Assembly: GCA_029935075.1 (NCBI GenBank)
Contig: JAOZKZ010000004.1
Span: 1-33,201 of the forward strand
Reading direction: 5' to 3'
Length of the DNA: 33,201 nucleotides
Source: Campylobacterales bacterium
Lineage (GTDB): Bacteria > Campylobacterota > Campylobacteria > Campylobacterales > QNZT01
The position numbers were made by a program, and so were the translations under genes. The notes below the pieces were generated by a model, which saw only the letters and a program-made list of their open reading frames with translations, was not told the origin of the DNA and searched no databases. Shown piece after piece: positions 7,675-16,781 of this stretch; position 1 is the stretch's first letter, and every line of letters begins with the position of its first letter.

Positions 7675-8184
7675 CTAATACTGAAACACATACCCTGCTA
7701 AAATCCAGATACTTTTCCAGTCATTATTTTTCATTAGCTCTTCATGACTAAGCCACACGACTCTTTTTTTATGTTTATCATTTAGTCCATTACAATCTAT
7801 CATGTACCCGTGGCAGTACTGGTTCATCTGGGTGGATACTAGTGTCTTTCCTATGTAATTGATACAATGCCCCGGGACATCAAACCCTGATTCCTCAAAG
7901 ACCTCTACCTTGGTTATTTCCTCTGGGTTTTTCCCAGGCATGTCAAAAGACCCACCAAAAGCAGTAGTCATTTTTACTCTTTTGTTTTCTCTTTCATCCA
8001 AGGGTGGCTTGGACTCGTTAATCAACCCGAACTTCCCGTCTCGGTAAAGAATAAATGCTACTGAGTCTTTCCCTGCCCTTTCTCCGTAGATATAGTACGA
8101 TTGGGCTCGCTTTACCGTGAAGTAAGGCTCGTTTTGGTGGTTCTTTTCCTCGGATTCGTAGAGAATTTCTGCTGTTCTTTTCAT
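7675..8184 (-). CDS. Nudix hydrolase
   Basis: Nudix-box variant GGSFDMPGKNPEEITKVEVFEESGFDV; SVAFILY upstream. Confidence 0.75.
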   Translation of the reverse strand: MKRTAEILYESEEKNHQNEPYFTVKRAQSYYIYGERAGKDSVAFILYRDGKFGLINESKPPLDERENKRVKMTTAFGGSFDMPGKNPEEITKVEVFEESGFDVPGHCINYIGKTLVSTQMNQYCHGYMIDCNGLNDKHKKRVVWLSHEELMKNNDWKSIWILAGYVFQY

Positions 8185-8191
8185 AATCCCT

Positions 8192-8404
8192 TTATCCTTT
8201 GTTTAAATTCATATCGTTTCTGTATACAACCCCACCAAGGACACTAACCCCTATAACAAAAAACAAAGGCACCAAGGCTTCACCAAAAATAGGCATGAGT
8301 ATAAAAAATAACCCTAAGCCTATTGTACCAAGAATACCAAAAAACAACCCTGTGGTCACAACAACCGTAAAAACTATCCCTGTGCCTGTTAAAAAATCTC
8401 TCAT
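8192..8404 (-). CDS. Small membrane protein (2 TM)
   Basis: Hydrophobic ORF with SD. Confidence 0.65.
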   Translation of the reverse strand: MRDFLTGTGIVFTVVVTTGLFFGILGTIGLGLFFILMPIFGEALVPLFFVIGVSVLGGVVYRNDMNLNKG

Positions 8405-8413
8405 TATTTTCCT

Positions 8414-8521
8414 TTATTCAAAACTACCCACTAATGTAGGGTTTACCATAGCATGCTTAAGTGACCAATAACTAGAGAATATCACTATTACTATAATCAC
8501 TGCTATTACAAATTTATTCAC
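8414..8521 (-). CDS. Small membrane peptide (35 aa, not in ORF track)
   Basis: GTG start overlapping the rnl2 end; VNKFVIAVIIVIVIFSSYWSLKHAMVNPTLVGSFE*; fills the gap exactly. Confidence 0.5.
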   Translation of the reverse strand: MNKFVIAVIIVIVIFSSYWSLKHAMVNPTLVGSFE

Positions 8522-9590
8522 CAGACCCCCCGAGGGCCTCTCTTAGTATCTCAGCTTTTATATAATCTCTTGTTATGTTACTGATGTATTTCTGGATGTC
8601 TTTAATCTCAAGATCATATTCCACAAAGCCTTGGGTTTCTTCTTTGATTACATCATTCAAGACCCATTTGATTATATTACCCATCATTTTAATTTCTAAT
8701 CTACCGCCATTATTAAGGTCTGCTACCTCTTGAATTCCCTGATTGAGTCTACAAACAGGCGTTACCTTCTCGGCTAGTTCTTGCTTTACCTGTTCAAGGG
8801 GGTCTTTTACCTTGGGTTGTTTTTCTTTGGTTCCTTTGGAATGAGATTCGCCTTTAACCTTGAAAATATACCTCTGGTTGTTATTATACCCTACAAAAAC
8901 TCCGCCTTCTCCAACACCGATATATCCCAATTCTCTGGCTACCGGGCACTCTTTATCCACCTTAAGGATGTATTCATTAATTTTGTTGTAGGCTTCCTTA
9001 GGGTCGTTAAAGTCTATAACGAACTTTTTTGTTTCAAAATCAAATAGATTATAGATACCTTTTTCAGGGTCGGTGAATTTTTCAATAATCTCTTTGGGGT
9101 TTTTTTCCCATGAGCCTTCTGTGGTATCCTCGTCATAGTTAACACTGGTGTATTTAACCCCAAAGACAAAGAAAGACTTTTTTAAGAGTTTGTTAATCCC
9201 TGTGTTTTTTTGAATCCCTGGTCCTGCGAACTCTCCCATCAAGGATACCTCTATTATACTACCGTCTCTTCTAATAGAATTTTCAAAAAGATCGTTTAAT
9301 TTCTCCGTGAAATAGTCTTCATTTTTCTGGACAAACATAGCAAACCCTGCGTTGTCCTTCATAGGGGTTATCTTTGAGCCTTTTGAATAAACCTTAAGGA
9401 AAATTCCATCATAAGCAACCCTGGCAAAAGTCCCGTGTAGTTTTACCGTGCTTTTGAACTCTATTTCAGGCAAAGGCAGGGTTTCGTCTGTAATGACAGT
9501 CCCGTCTACTTCTGTCCTGATGTAATAAGTCTCTCTTTTGATATCAAAAACGGTGTCCTCGAATTTACCAATACTTGTCATATTTGCCAT
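8514..9590 (-). CDS. RNA ligase, Rnl2 family
   Basis: Motif I TVKLHGT, DNAGFA, GEFAGPGIQK (III), FFVFGV (IIIa), GEGGVF (IV), FKVKGE.HS (V); Rnl2-type C-terminal domain. Confidence 0.88.
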   Translation of the reverse strand: MANMTSIGKFEDTVFDIKRETYYIRTEVDGTVITDETLPLPEIEFKSTVKLHGTFARVAYDGIFLKVYSKGSKITPMKDNAGFAMFVQKNEDYFTEKLNDLFENSIRRDGSIIEVSLMGEFAGPGIQKNTGINKLLKKSFFVFGVKYTSVNYDEDTTEGSWEKNPKEIIEKFTDPEKGIYNLFDFETKKFVIDFNDPKEAYNKINEYILKVDKECPVARELGYIGVGEGGVFVGYNNNQRYIFKVKGESHSKGTKEKQPKVKDPLEQVKQELAEKVTPVCRLNQGIQEVADLNNGGRLEIKMMGNIIKWVLNDVIKEETQGFVEYDLEIKDIQKYISNITRDYIKAEILREALGGSGE

Positions 9591-9599
9591 TATTTTCCT

Positions 9600-9830
9600 T
9601 TAGTCTCTATAAGAAGCATTTATTTTATCCACTTCTATGCGTCTTTTTATCTCTTTGAATTTATCTTTCATCTCTTGTTTAAATGTCTCGATTTCAGCAA
9701 GAGTCTCCTCTTCTTGGAGTCTTGATCTATATCTGTACTTGGTCTCATAAAAGGCTACTTCTATTTTAGTGAGTTTTTTATGGACTTCTTTGTACTCTTT
9801 AAATGACAGATCTGCATCTTCCTCATCCAT
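9600..9830 (-). CDS. Hypothetical protein
   Basis: SD AGGAGAG; early promoter 9859-9881. Confidence 0.7.
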   Translation of the reverse strand: MDEEDADLSFKEYKEVHKKLTKIEVAFYETKYRYRSRLQEEETLAEIETFKQEMKDKFKEIKRRIEVDKINASYRD

Positions 9831-9887
9831 GGTCTCTCCTTTTCTTTAAATATACCCTATTATACCATAAACTTGCTTAAAAAGACC

Positions 9888-10175
9888 TTAACCTTTCATT
9901 TTGTCAATCACGAAACCTAGTGCCTTAAAAATAGCCTCTGGTTCTGTTTTGCCTGTGAATGTTCTATTAATACTGTCTGTAGAAATATACTTCACTTGGC
10001 AAAAATAGTCAAAAGTATGGTCTATAAAAGACGAAATGTACCAACCTTGGTCGGCTATGTGGTCTTTTGAAAGACTAGCAATTTCGTGTATATTTGTAGC
10101 ATCGGTTTTTATTAATTGAGTTATCTCATTTAGGGTCATTTCAGGTGTCATTTCAGGGGTCATTTCAGGGGTCAT
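9888..10175 (-). CDS. Divergent member of the TEPEAIFKA paralog family; N-terminal MTPE repeats
   Basis: NIHEIA...FTGKTEPEAIFKA; 12-bp tandem repeat at about 10134-10175. Confidence 0.7.
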   Translation of the reverse strand: MTPEMTPEMTPEMTLNEITQLIKTDATNIHEIASLSKDHIADQGWYISSFIDHTFDYFCQVKYISTDSINRTFTGKTEPEAIFKALGFVIDKMKG

Positions 10176-10468
10176 TCTTTACCCTTTGCTTTTTTTATCA
10201 ACACCCTGATATCTAAAAATACCTCATGAATATGATACTCCTCAGAAAACGGGTACATACTGAGGGTTTTGTCTGCTTGTTTTAATGTAGAACAAATATC
10301 AGGACTGATACTAGTACTAGTGGCTTTGGTACTATTTTGTAGAATGATATAAACTTTCTGGGCATTTGCCCTTGCCTCGTGAATCAGACATTCCGTTTCT
10401 GTCTTGAACTCTTCTCCATCAAAAGCCTCATAAATAGTCTCTTTTATCTCTCTTGTTTTTTCAATCAT
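10172..10468 (-). CDS. Hypothetical protein
   Basis: IYEAFDGEEF..E.EC..HE phage-type motif; start trimmed to 10468. Confidence 0.65.
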   Translation of the reverse strand: MIEKTREIKETIYEAFDGEEFKTETECLIHEARANAQKVYIILQNSTKATSTSISPDICSTLKQADKTLSMYPFSEEYHIHEVFLDIRVLIKKAKGKE

Positions 10469-10685
10469 TTTGTACCTTTTTCTGAACATTTTCCCACCAC
10501 CTTGGCGTATTCAGGTAGTTATACATCCCTGTGCCTTCATCGGGGAATGCTTTACTAAGCCTGTGAAAATTCTTAATATCCGCCTTGGTGAACACTTCTG
10601 CCAAAGCGGTATTAAAATCCCCTGCCAAGCTATACTGCCATTCATAGACAAATCTCTCTTGGCTGTTAAGGTTATTTAATGTCAT
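10461..10685 (-). CDS. Hypothetical phage protein
   Basis: GDF..ALA.....AD..N..RL..AFP pattern; coupled overlaps with neighbours. Confidence 0.65.
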   Translation of the reverse strand: MTLNNLNSQERFVYEWQYSLAGDFNTALAEVFTKADIKNFHRLSKAFPDEGTGMYNYLNTPRWWENVQKKVQND

Positions 10686-10917
10686 TTATTTCCTTTGCTT
10701 CTTTCAAAAAAGACACACAATCTTTTACCCAAATTGTATCATTAGGTTTAAAGCTTAGAGTATCGGGGCATTGTTCTAGCCCTGTTTTGATTGCCAATTT
10801 ATCGAGGTTGCTTTTATTGGTATCGTATATTACTACTGATGTTATTACTATAAACAAAATACACAACACAGACACACTCAGTAGCACATCTTTATCTATT
10901 TTTTTCTTTTCATTCAT
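10672..10917 (-). CDS. Small membrane-anchored protein
   Basis: N-terminal TM helix, two Cys. Confidence 0.65.
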   Translation of the reverse strand: MNEKKKIDKDVLLSVSVLCILFIVITSVVIYDTNKSNLDKLAIKTGLEQCPDTLSFKPNDTIWVKDCVSFLKEAKEINDIK

Positions 10918-11101
10918 TTCTTTTCCTTTCCTGTAGGCTTAAAAACACTACACCACCAAATAAAGACACTCCTAATAAAGAGGTAAACCAGATGCCCAAA
11001 AGTGGTGTCAATAAAACAAGCATCTCAATAAGCCCAAGAACAGCAAAGGACACCACCAGGACCAAGAATGCCACAACACCAGCACTGGTTAAATCCTTCA
11101 T
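10910..11101 (-). CDS. Small membrane protein (2 TM)
   Basis: Start trimmed to ATG 11101 (ATGA overlap). Confidence 0.6.
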   Translation of the reverse strand: MKDLTSAGVVAFLVLVVSFAVLGLIEMLVLLTPLLGIWFTSLLGVSLFGGVVFLSLQERKRNE

Positions 11102-11301
11102 ACCTTTCCTTGCTTCTGGTATTCGTTCCATGTGTTCTTTACGGCATAAACAACAGCCAGGTGCCTTGAGCGGTCTTCTGCCATGTGATTTTGGGCAAGG
11201 AACCTAAAATGAATTTTATAAATCTTGTTATACATCTGCTCTGGTGTTAGCTTCTCTTGTTTCTCGTTCTGCTTTTTCTCTTGCGTCTCTGTTTCTTTCA
11301 T
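11098..11301 (-). CDS. Hypothetical protein
   Basis: Start trimmed to ATG 11301 (AAGGA SD). Confidence 0.6.
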   Translation of the reverse strand: MKETETQEKKQNEKQEKLTPEQMYNKIYKIHFRFLAQNHMAEDRSRHLAVVYAVKNTWNEYQKQGKV

Positions 11302-11449
11302 ATTCTTTCCTTTTTCTTTTCTGGACGATATTAAATAAAGCATCCCCTGCCCCGTAACCTGCTGGAATAGACCATGCCAAAACAGCAAGGTAAGGGTTGA
11401 TAAACAAAAGCCCTAACCCTAAGACCCACAAACCAAATAATATATACAT
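11228..11449 (-). CDS. Small membrane protein
   Basis: Start trimmed to ATG 11449; MYILFGLWVLGLGLLFINPYLAVLAW. Confidence 0.5.
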   Translation of the reverse strand: MYILFGLWVLGLGLLFINPYLAVLAWSIPAGYGAGDALFNIVQKRKRKEYERNRDAREKAERETREANTRADV

Positions 11450-11453
11450 TTGA

Positions 11454-11765
11454 TTATACTTCTTTGTAAGAGACGGTGCCATCATCATGAAGAGTGTATT
11501 CATAATCCTCACCACAATCTGAGTCATAAGGGACAACACCCCAGCCTGTGTACTTAGAATCATCAAGCTCGTATTCCTTGGCAGCCCTAGCAGAGCTTCT
11601 CAAGACCTGAGCAAATTTATATTCAGGATCAATGCCTCTATTTTTTGTAAAGTCCTTGTTGAACTCCTCAAGCCATGGGAGAGTGTCCTCAGGACTGGAA
11701 TCCCAATGCTTATATATTTTCACTTGGTTCTGACCTTCTACTTTAATTGTACCTCTTGTTGCCAT
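11454..11765 (-). CDS. Conserved phage hypothetical protein
   Basis: MATRG.I......IY.HWD..PE...EYEY pattern; early promoter at 11795. Confidence 0.75.
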   Translation of the reverse strand: MATRGTIKVEGQNQVKIYKHWDSSPEDTLPWLEEFNKDFTKNRGIDPEYKFAQVLRSSARAAKEYELDDSKYTGWGVVPYDSDCGEDYEYTLHDDGTVSYKEV

Positions 11766-11807
11766 CTTTTGTCCTTTTCTCTTTAAGATATACTATTATA
11801 CCATAAC

Positions 11808-12119
11808 TTAACTTAGGTCCTGCTGAATCAGCTCAAAAATATACTCGCACGCATCTATATCATTCAAGGAGCCGTCTTTGTTGTAAAATCTTGTCTTGTA
11901 TATATCATGGTAATATACACTACAACCGTACCAATCAGTCTTTAGTTCAAAACCCTTTCGGTTGGCATATTTTTTACACCTCTGTGCCAGCTCGAATATA
12001 TTAATCACCTTGGTGCCGTTTTCAGCCAAATATACCAAATTAGTATCAGGGATGGTAGCCAGCCTAGGGTTCGAGGCTTTTTCTTGAAGTATTTCGCTTA
12101 ATAATTTTTCTGAGATCAT
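11808..12119 (-). CDS. Paralog family member (MISxxLL...INIxELA.xCK), possibly Phage ABA-sandwich-like
   Basis: MISEKLLSEIL, INIFELAQRCKKYA, ACEYI. Confidence 0.75.
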   Translation of the reverse strand: MISEKLLSEILQEKASNPRLATIPDTNLVYLAENGTKVINIFELAQRCKKYANRKGFELKTDWYGCSVYYHDIYKTRFYNKDGSLNDIDACEYIFELIQQDLS

Positions 12120-12187
12120 ATTTTCTCCTTCTTTAAATATACCCTATTATACCACACTTTGCCTTAAAAGAGGGTTAAACTTTAAGG

Positions 12188-12673
12188 CTAAAGTAAAAAC
12201 TCAGGATACTTTGAACCTATCTCTTGGTATTTATTTCTTAATTCACCTTGGTTTTCTATGACTATTTTCCCGTCTTTATTAAAAATCCCTGATGGTACTT
12301 CATCATCTTCGTATCTATAATTACCAATCCAGCCCTCGGTTTCTATCCAAGGCTCTAGTACCTTAAGAAAATTTTCTATCTCCTCTTGGTAATTTTTAAT
12401 ATCAAAACGAGTAGTCAAAAAATACATAGGCTCATCGGGGTGTAAATCGTCTATTTCAAACTTAATAAAAGGAATCCCAGAGAAGTAATAAGAACTAGAG
12501 TTTCCTATGGTGCTGAGCCTTCCTTTTAATCCCTCCGGGGCTAATGATTCAGCTATTTCCCACCATCCTTCACTAAACCCTGTATTTGCCTGATAATCAA
12601 GCCATTTGAGTATCCCTTCAGGGGTGTCTTTTTTAAGTTCCGTTGCCAGGTAAAGTTCTGTGTACATTCCCAT
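12188..12673 (-). CDS. Hypothetical phage protein (MGMYTEL family) with C-terminal YPEFLL tag
   Basis: ORF with SD; ends KYPEFLL*. Confidence 0.75.
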   Translation of the reverse strand: MGMYTELYLATELKKDTPEGILKWLDYQANTGFSEGWWEIAESLAPEGLKGRLSTIGNSSSYYFSGIPFIKFEIDDLHPDEPMYFLTTRFDIKNYQEEIENFLKVLEPWIETEGWIGNYRYEDDEVPSGIFNKDGKIVIENQGELRNKYQEIGSKYPEFLL

Positions 12674-12706
12674 ATTAATCCTTTTTGTAAAAATCCCCAG
12701 AGGGGT

Positions 12707-12967
12707 CTAAAAACTATAAGTCTTGTTATTTACCGTAAGACTGGTACATGTATCAAGGTTAATGTTCCTGTACCCCTGGGCATCATGATCAAAAACAGTC
12801 ATATAAGGTCTGTCTGCTCGTTCTACTTTATTCACGGAACCTTTAAGATTATATTCAATCCCAAGCTCGGCATGCATAGTTCTTTCTGTTTGGTCTTGCT
12901 TGATAAATGTAACATCAAACGCCCCGTTTGCACTCTTGATTAGTCTTTTTAGGTTTTCTCTTTTCAT
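12707..12967 (-). CDS. Small SH3/Sm-like beta-barrel protein (WYL_2-like)
   Basis: F.VTF.K.D.T.R.M.A......V.D....GYR.INL pattern. Confidence 0.65.
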   Translation of the reverse strand: MKRENLKRLIKSANGAFDVTFIKQDQTERTMHAELGIEYNLKGSVNKVERADRPYMTVFDHDAQGYRNINLDTCTSLTVNNKTYSF

Positions 12968-12978
12968 GTCTTTCCTTT

Positions 12979-13170
12979 TTATTTGTTAAAATAACGGTCT
13001 TCGTTAAGTTCCCATAGAGCATCTACTACATTGGTTTCGTCTTCATCAGCGGTTATAGAATACCATTCATTTACACCTCGAAAAACTTTTCCAAAAGAGA
13101 TATTGTGTTCTTTCATGAGTATATTAGCATACTCTGAAAAACTCAACCTCCTTGCTTCTTCTAGTCTCAT
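12979..13170 (-). CDS. Hypothetical protein
   Basis: Start trimmed to 13170 (GGAGAGG SD); promoter 13190-13212. Confidence 0.6.
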   Translation of the reverse strand: MRLEEARRLSFSEYANILMKEHNISFGKVFRGVNEWYSITADEDETNVVDALWELNEDRYFNK

Positions 13171-13207
13171 ATCCTCTCCTTCTTTATATATCATACCACA
13201 TGTTACC

Positions 13208-13792
13208 TTAAAAGGACATTAAACCCAAGAAACTCAAATCCAACGGTTCTTTTTTGGTGTTGTCTATGGTATAATCAAACTTGAAATCTTTAAGTTCATT
13301 CTCTGAACTGTGGGTATCAAGGTTGTTAATACCATCGTCTTGTATTCTAATTGTAATGACCTTATACTCTAGGTCATTTTTAAACACATCGTATTCAACC
13401 TTGAATCTAAAATCAGGGATAATACTAAGAGCTTCATTGAGGGTTCTTTGTTTGGTAAGCATAGCCCATACATCATTACCAAAGACTGGCTTCATCCCCT
13501 CTGTTCCGAAGTTTTGAAGAATTTCCCTAAAATTGATGTATTTAATAACCCCTTGGGGCTGATTATTAGGGTATACCTTGATTTCTAAACCGTACTCATC
13601 AGGGGTGTTTTTATACTCATTAAGGGCTTCCTTGGTAATCCCGAAGGTGTTCTGTATGATTTCTTTCATAGGGTCAGCAAAGCTAAGAACCTTCCCCTTC
13701 CCTTTTAGGATTTTGTTTATCTCATTTGCTATGTAGTCCTTGCCTGACCTTTTATAGCCAGATATTAGTATTACTGTTTTTGCTGTTTTCAT
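13208..13792 (-). CDS. Deoxynucleoside monophosphate kinase (T4 gp1-like)
   Basis: ISGYKRSGKD, SFADPMK, REILQNFGTE, IIPDFRF..E, HSSE, IDN. Confidence 0.88.
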   Translation of the reverse strand: MKTAKTVILISGYKRSGKDYIANEINKILKGKGKVLSFADPMKEIIQNTFGITKEALNEYKNTPDEYGLEIKVYPNNQPQGVIKYINFREILQNFGTEGMKPVFGNDVWAMLTKQRTLNEALSIIPDFRFKVEYDVFKNDLEYKVITIRIQDDGINNLDTHSSENELKDFKFDYTIDNTKKEPLDLSFLGLMSF

Positions 13793-14190
13793 CCAAACTC
13801 TTTTTCACACTCTGAGCATGTTACCCTGTACCACCCATCGGCTTTAAATGTCCCAGGGTTACCACATTTTTCACAATTCTTTGAGCAATCTTCCTCTATT
13901 TGATCAATAATAAAATCGGTCTGATCATAGTAGCCATCACTATATATGCTCAAGGAACCGAATTTCTCTTTTACCTGGAGTATCCTATAATTTAGGTTGT
14001 TTTCCTTTACTGTCTTGGAAAGCCTTGGAAGATAACTGACTATAATATCTCTCCATCCTTTGCCTACCTCGAAGCCGAATCCCATCAGGCTAACCCTTGG
14101 GTCGAAATCAGTCCCGAATAATTCAGGGTATTTTTCCAGGATTTCTTTTGTTGTTTCTGGTTTTGTTTCTGGTTTTGTTTCTTTAGACAT
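13789..14190 (-). CDS. Conserved phage hypothetical protein with C-terminal Zn ribbon
   Basis: GFEVGKGW, QVKEKFG.L..Y, CEKCG.PG....GW..VTC..C; start trimmed to 14190 (AAGGAG SD); short 12-bp KPET repeat. Confidence 0.75.
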   Translation of the reverse strand: MSKETKPETKPETTKEILEKYPELFGTDFDPRVSLMGFGFEVGKGWRDIIVSYLPRLSKTVKENNLNYRILQVKEKFGSLSIYSDGYYDQTDFIIDQIEEDCSKNCEKCGNPGTFKADGWYRVTCSECEKEFG

Positions 14191-14635
14191 AATCAATATA
14201 CTCCTTGTAATTTTCGTAATTATGGATGTTTTGTTTTTGGTCTTTGACCAGAACCCCAAGTCTGCTAAAAAATGTGTTAAGGGTCTTGTCGAGTTTAGAC
14301 AGGTCTCCTTTGGTTTTTCTTAGCTTGGTCTTTACTCTTTTCATAGCCAGGTAAGAACCCTTTTCAGGTTTGGTCATCAAGCCTGATTGAACAGCCTCTA
14401 GTTCAGACTTGCTGAAATCTTTATTACCATGGATAAAAAGGGTATGATACATAGGGTCATTTTCTATGATACCGTGTGATACTGCACTCAAAGGTGTCAA
14501 ACCAAATTTAATAACTATGTGCTCCTCACCTAATGAATCTCTTGTTTGGGATTGAATCCAACCGTTTTTGAAAATCTTTTTGTAGTTATCCTGAACAGAT
14601 TTATTAAATTCATCCGGTGTCAGTTTGTTTTTCAT
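14183..14635 (-). CDS. Early hypothetical protein, paralog of 30339..30833
   Basis: Early promoter 14664-14686; shared motifs with the late paralog (see findings). Confidence 0.8.
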   Translation of the reverse strand: MKNKLTPDEFNKSVQDNYKKIFKNGWIQSQTRDSLGEEHIVIKFGLTPLSAVSHGIIENDPMYHTLFIHGNKDFSKSELEAVQSGLMTKPEKGSYLAMKRVKTKLRKTKGDLSKLDKTLNTFFSRLGVLVKDQKQNIHNYENYKEYIDYV

Positions 14636-14692
14636 TTTAATCCTTCTCTCTTTAAGATATACTATTATACCATAATTATGCTTAAACCAAGG

Positions 14693-15184
14693 TTAAGTAT
14701 TACAATTAGTATAGGTCAGGGTTTGTAGAGTCTCCCAATCAATTTTTTTGGTTTTAAATAACTCCAAAAGGATACAATCAATATTTCTTGCGAAGGGTGC
14801 ATTTTCAGGCTTTAGGAAATCATAGACCATGACTTGAAATCCTTTTTTTATATCGTCTTTTTTGATTTCATCTTTAGGTGTTTTCCAACTAGCCTCGTAA
14901 TACAAATCATTAAGATATCTATCATCATAGGATGTGTAATAAGACTCTTTTTGGTCAATACGAAATCCAATTTTATCGTTTTCGTTTATGTTTTCTTTAA
15001 AATCTGTAAGTACGGTTAATGTATCGTCTAAATTCAACTCATATATACTCTTAGAACGCCTTGAATTGTGGTTAAAAAAATTGAGATTAGTAAAGGGTTT
15101 TTTGTTTTCCTTGATATTCTTAAGGTCTTCTTGTACCAGTTTTTCGTATTTTTCGTATTCTTTTTGTAATAGTTCTGGTGTCAT
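14693..15184 (-). CDS. Hypothetical protein
   Basis: Start trimmed to 15184 (ATGA overlap, AGGAG SD). Confidence 0.7.
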   Translation of the reverse strand: MTPELLQKEYEKYEKLVQEDLKNIKENKKPFTNLNFFNHNSRRSKSIYELNLDDTLTVLTDFKENINENDKIGFRIDQKESYYTSYDDRYLNDLYYEASWKTPKDEIKKDDIKKGFQVMVYDFLKPENAPFARNIDCILLELFKTKKIDWETLQTLTYTNCNT

Positions 15185-15507
15185 TTTTGCTCCTTCAGTA
15201 TCCATTCACATGCCTTAAAAATAGCCTTTGGCTCAGAGTCCTCTACGAATATTTCATCAGGCTCGGAGTCAGAGCAAGCATATCTACCAAATAAGTTTAC
15301 ATAGCCTTCTCCCCATGTTAGTCCAGATTCTATGGTGTATTCATCAAGGTTCAGAGCCCAGAGCTTACACTTATTAGCAAACTCGTAATAATTAATTTTC
15401 ACGGTTTGTCCATCAGGGTGTATTCTGAAGGCTATGTGGTAGTTTTCTTCAAGGACTTTTTCTATGCTTATACCCAATACCTTTTCTAATAGTTCTTTTT
15501 TAATCAT
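15181..15507 (-). CDS. Paralog family member
   Basis: MIKKELLEKVL, INYYEFANKCKLWA, DSEPKAIFKACEWIL. Confidence 0.8.
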   Translation of the reverse strand: MIKKELLEKVLGISIEKVLEENYHIAFRIHPDGQTVKINYYEFANKCKLWALNLDEYTIESGLTWGEGYVNLFGRYACSDSEPDEIFVEDSEPKAIFKACEWILKEQK

Positions 15508-15737
15508 CTTTTATCCACCTTAAAATTGCCACAAACATTTCCTATTTTTTCTTCATCTTTGCTATAGTATCTCTTACAACCGTTTTTTGTAGTGTTACTA
15601 TACGAATACCCAAGAACTTTACCATTTTGGGTGATTTTATAATCTAGTGGTTTTGTAATTTTACATACAAAAGACATACTAATAACTACAAATGCGATAA
15701 CAGGTATCATTAATAATGCTACTGTTTTATTATCCAT
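15504..15737 (-). CDS. Small membrane-anchored protein
   Basis: N-terminal TM; early promoter 15764-15786. Confidence 0.7.
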   Translation of the reverse strand: MDNKTVALLMIPVIAFVVISMSFVCKITKPLDYKITQNGKVLGYSYSNTTKNGCKRYYSKDEEKIGNVCGNFKVDKR

Positions 15738-15781
15738 TTTCTTTCCTTCTTTAAATGTTCCTTATTATACCATAAGTATGC

Positions 15782-16246
15782 TTAAACCAAGGTTAAATAA
15801 TCTTTGTAGTCTTCCCACATTAAGTCATCTATATAAACACCTCGATTTTCTGATACTGCGTCTATGGCATTTTCAAGACTCTTCTCACCCATCTCTGAAT
15901 TTTCGTATTCTTTGAAGCTCATTTTTGACCTTTGTTTTAGATAAGAGTTCAGGTATCCTGTGATATTGGCTGAGCCTACAGGGTTTGCCGAATGTGTATT
16001 GAATTCAAACCCTTCAGGGATAAACCCTGGGTTATCAAGGTCTTGATTAACCATATACTTAACGATTACCATAGCCGTATCGTCACCGTTGAGGTCATGG
16101 TCAAAACTAATATACTCAGGGCAACCATTATTTTCAAGATATTGAATAGCCTCTACAGAAGACCTAACAATATCCCAGTTTGGTGATTTTGGGTTTCTTA
16201 TGTCATCAATATAAAGTCTTTTGAACTTTTGATCATAATTTGTCAT
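15782..16246 (-). CDS. Cyclic-phosphate-processing receiver-like domain protein
   Basis: LYIDDIR.P, ISFDHDL, HSANPVG motifs. Confidence 0.8.
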   Translation of the reverse strand: MTNYDQKFKRLYIDDIRNPKSPNWDIVRSSVEAIQYLENNGCPEYISFDHDLNGDDTAMVIVKYMVNQDLDNPGFIPEGFEFNTHSANPVGSANITGYLNSYLKQRSKMSFKEYENSEMGEKSLENAIDAVSENRGVYIDDLMWEDYKDYLTLV

Positions 16247-16390
16247 TTATTCACCTCTCCCATAATTAGCTTCTAATTCTTCCATTTCATAAAGAATATT
16301 CTTTGCAGATTCTTGCATACCGTTACTGATGAAATAATCATACTCTTTTTCCAGTTCTCTCATAATTTCTAAAAACTCATCTGGTGTCAT
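16247..16390 (-). CDS. Small acidic protein (47 aa, not in ORF track)
   Basis: MTPDEFLEIMRELEKEY...YGRGE*; ATGA overlap upstream, stop abuts the next ATG. Confidence 0.65.
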   Translation of the reverse strand: MTPDEFLEIMRELEKEYDYFISNGMQESAKNILYEMEELEANYGRGE

Positions 16391-16722
16391 TCTTGTTCCT
16401 TTAATATCCACTCACATGCTTTAAAAATAGCCTCAGGCTCGGAGTCTGCTATAAAATCAACCGAACTTGGAACCCCGAAGCCATAACCTGTTTCGGCTTC
16501 CCACATTCCTTTACCGTCATCAATGATCCTCGATGTGATACAATAAGGGAATTTTTGATTAAAAGCCCAGAGCTTACACTTATTAGCAAGCTCGTAGATA
16601 TTAATAAACATAGGCTTTTTTTGTTCTGCACTTTCAAAATATGCAGTAACTCTTGGATTTGCAAATTGACATTTGTATATATCCAGATCTAATACTTTAC
16701 TTAATAGTTTTTTACTTATCAT
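16387..16722 (-). CDS. Paralog family member
   Basis: MISKKLLSKVL, INIYELANKCKLWA, ADSEPEAIFKACEWIL. Confidence 0.8.
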   Translation of the reverse strand: MISKKLLSKVLDLDIYKCQFANPRVTAYFESAEQKKPMFINIYELANKCKLWAFNQKFPYCITSRIIDDGKGMWEAETGYGFGVPSSVDFIADSEPEAIFKACEWILKEQE

Positions 16723-16781
16723 TTCTTCTCCTTTAATATGTATATTATACCATAACTTTGCTTAAACCGAGGTTAGTCAGT

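Noticed and set aside
10134-10175. 12-bp tandem repeats (MTPE x3; also KPET near 14150-14180) as regulatory elements
   Set aside because: In-frame slippage duplications at protein N-termini with no frame effect
14110-14140. KYPELF in the 13789 ORF as a PE-tag
   Set aside because: Near the N-terminus, not followed by a stop, and appears to be part of that family's own motif
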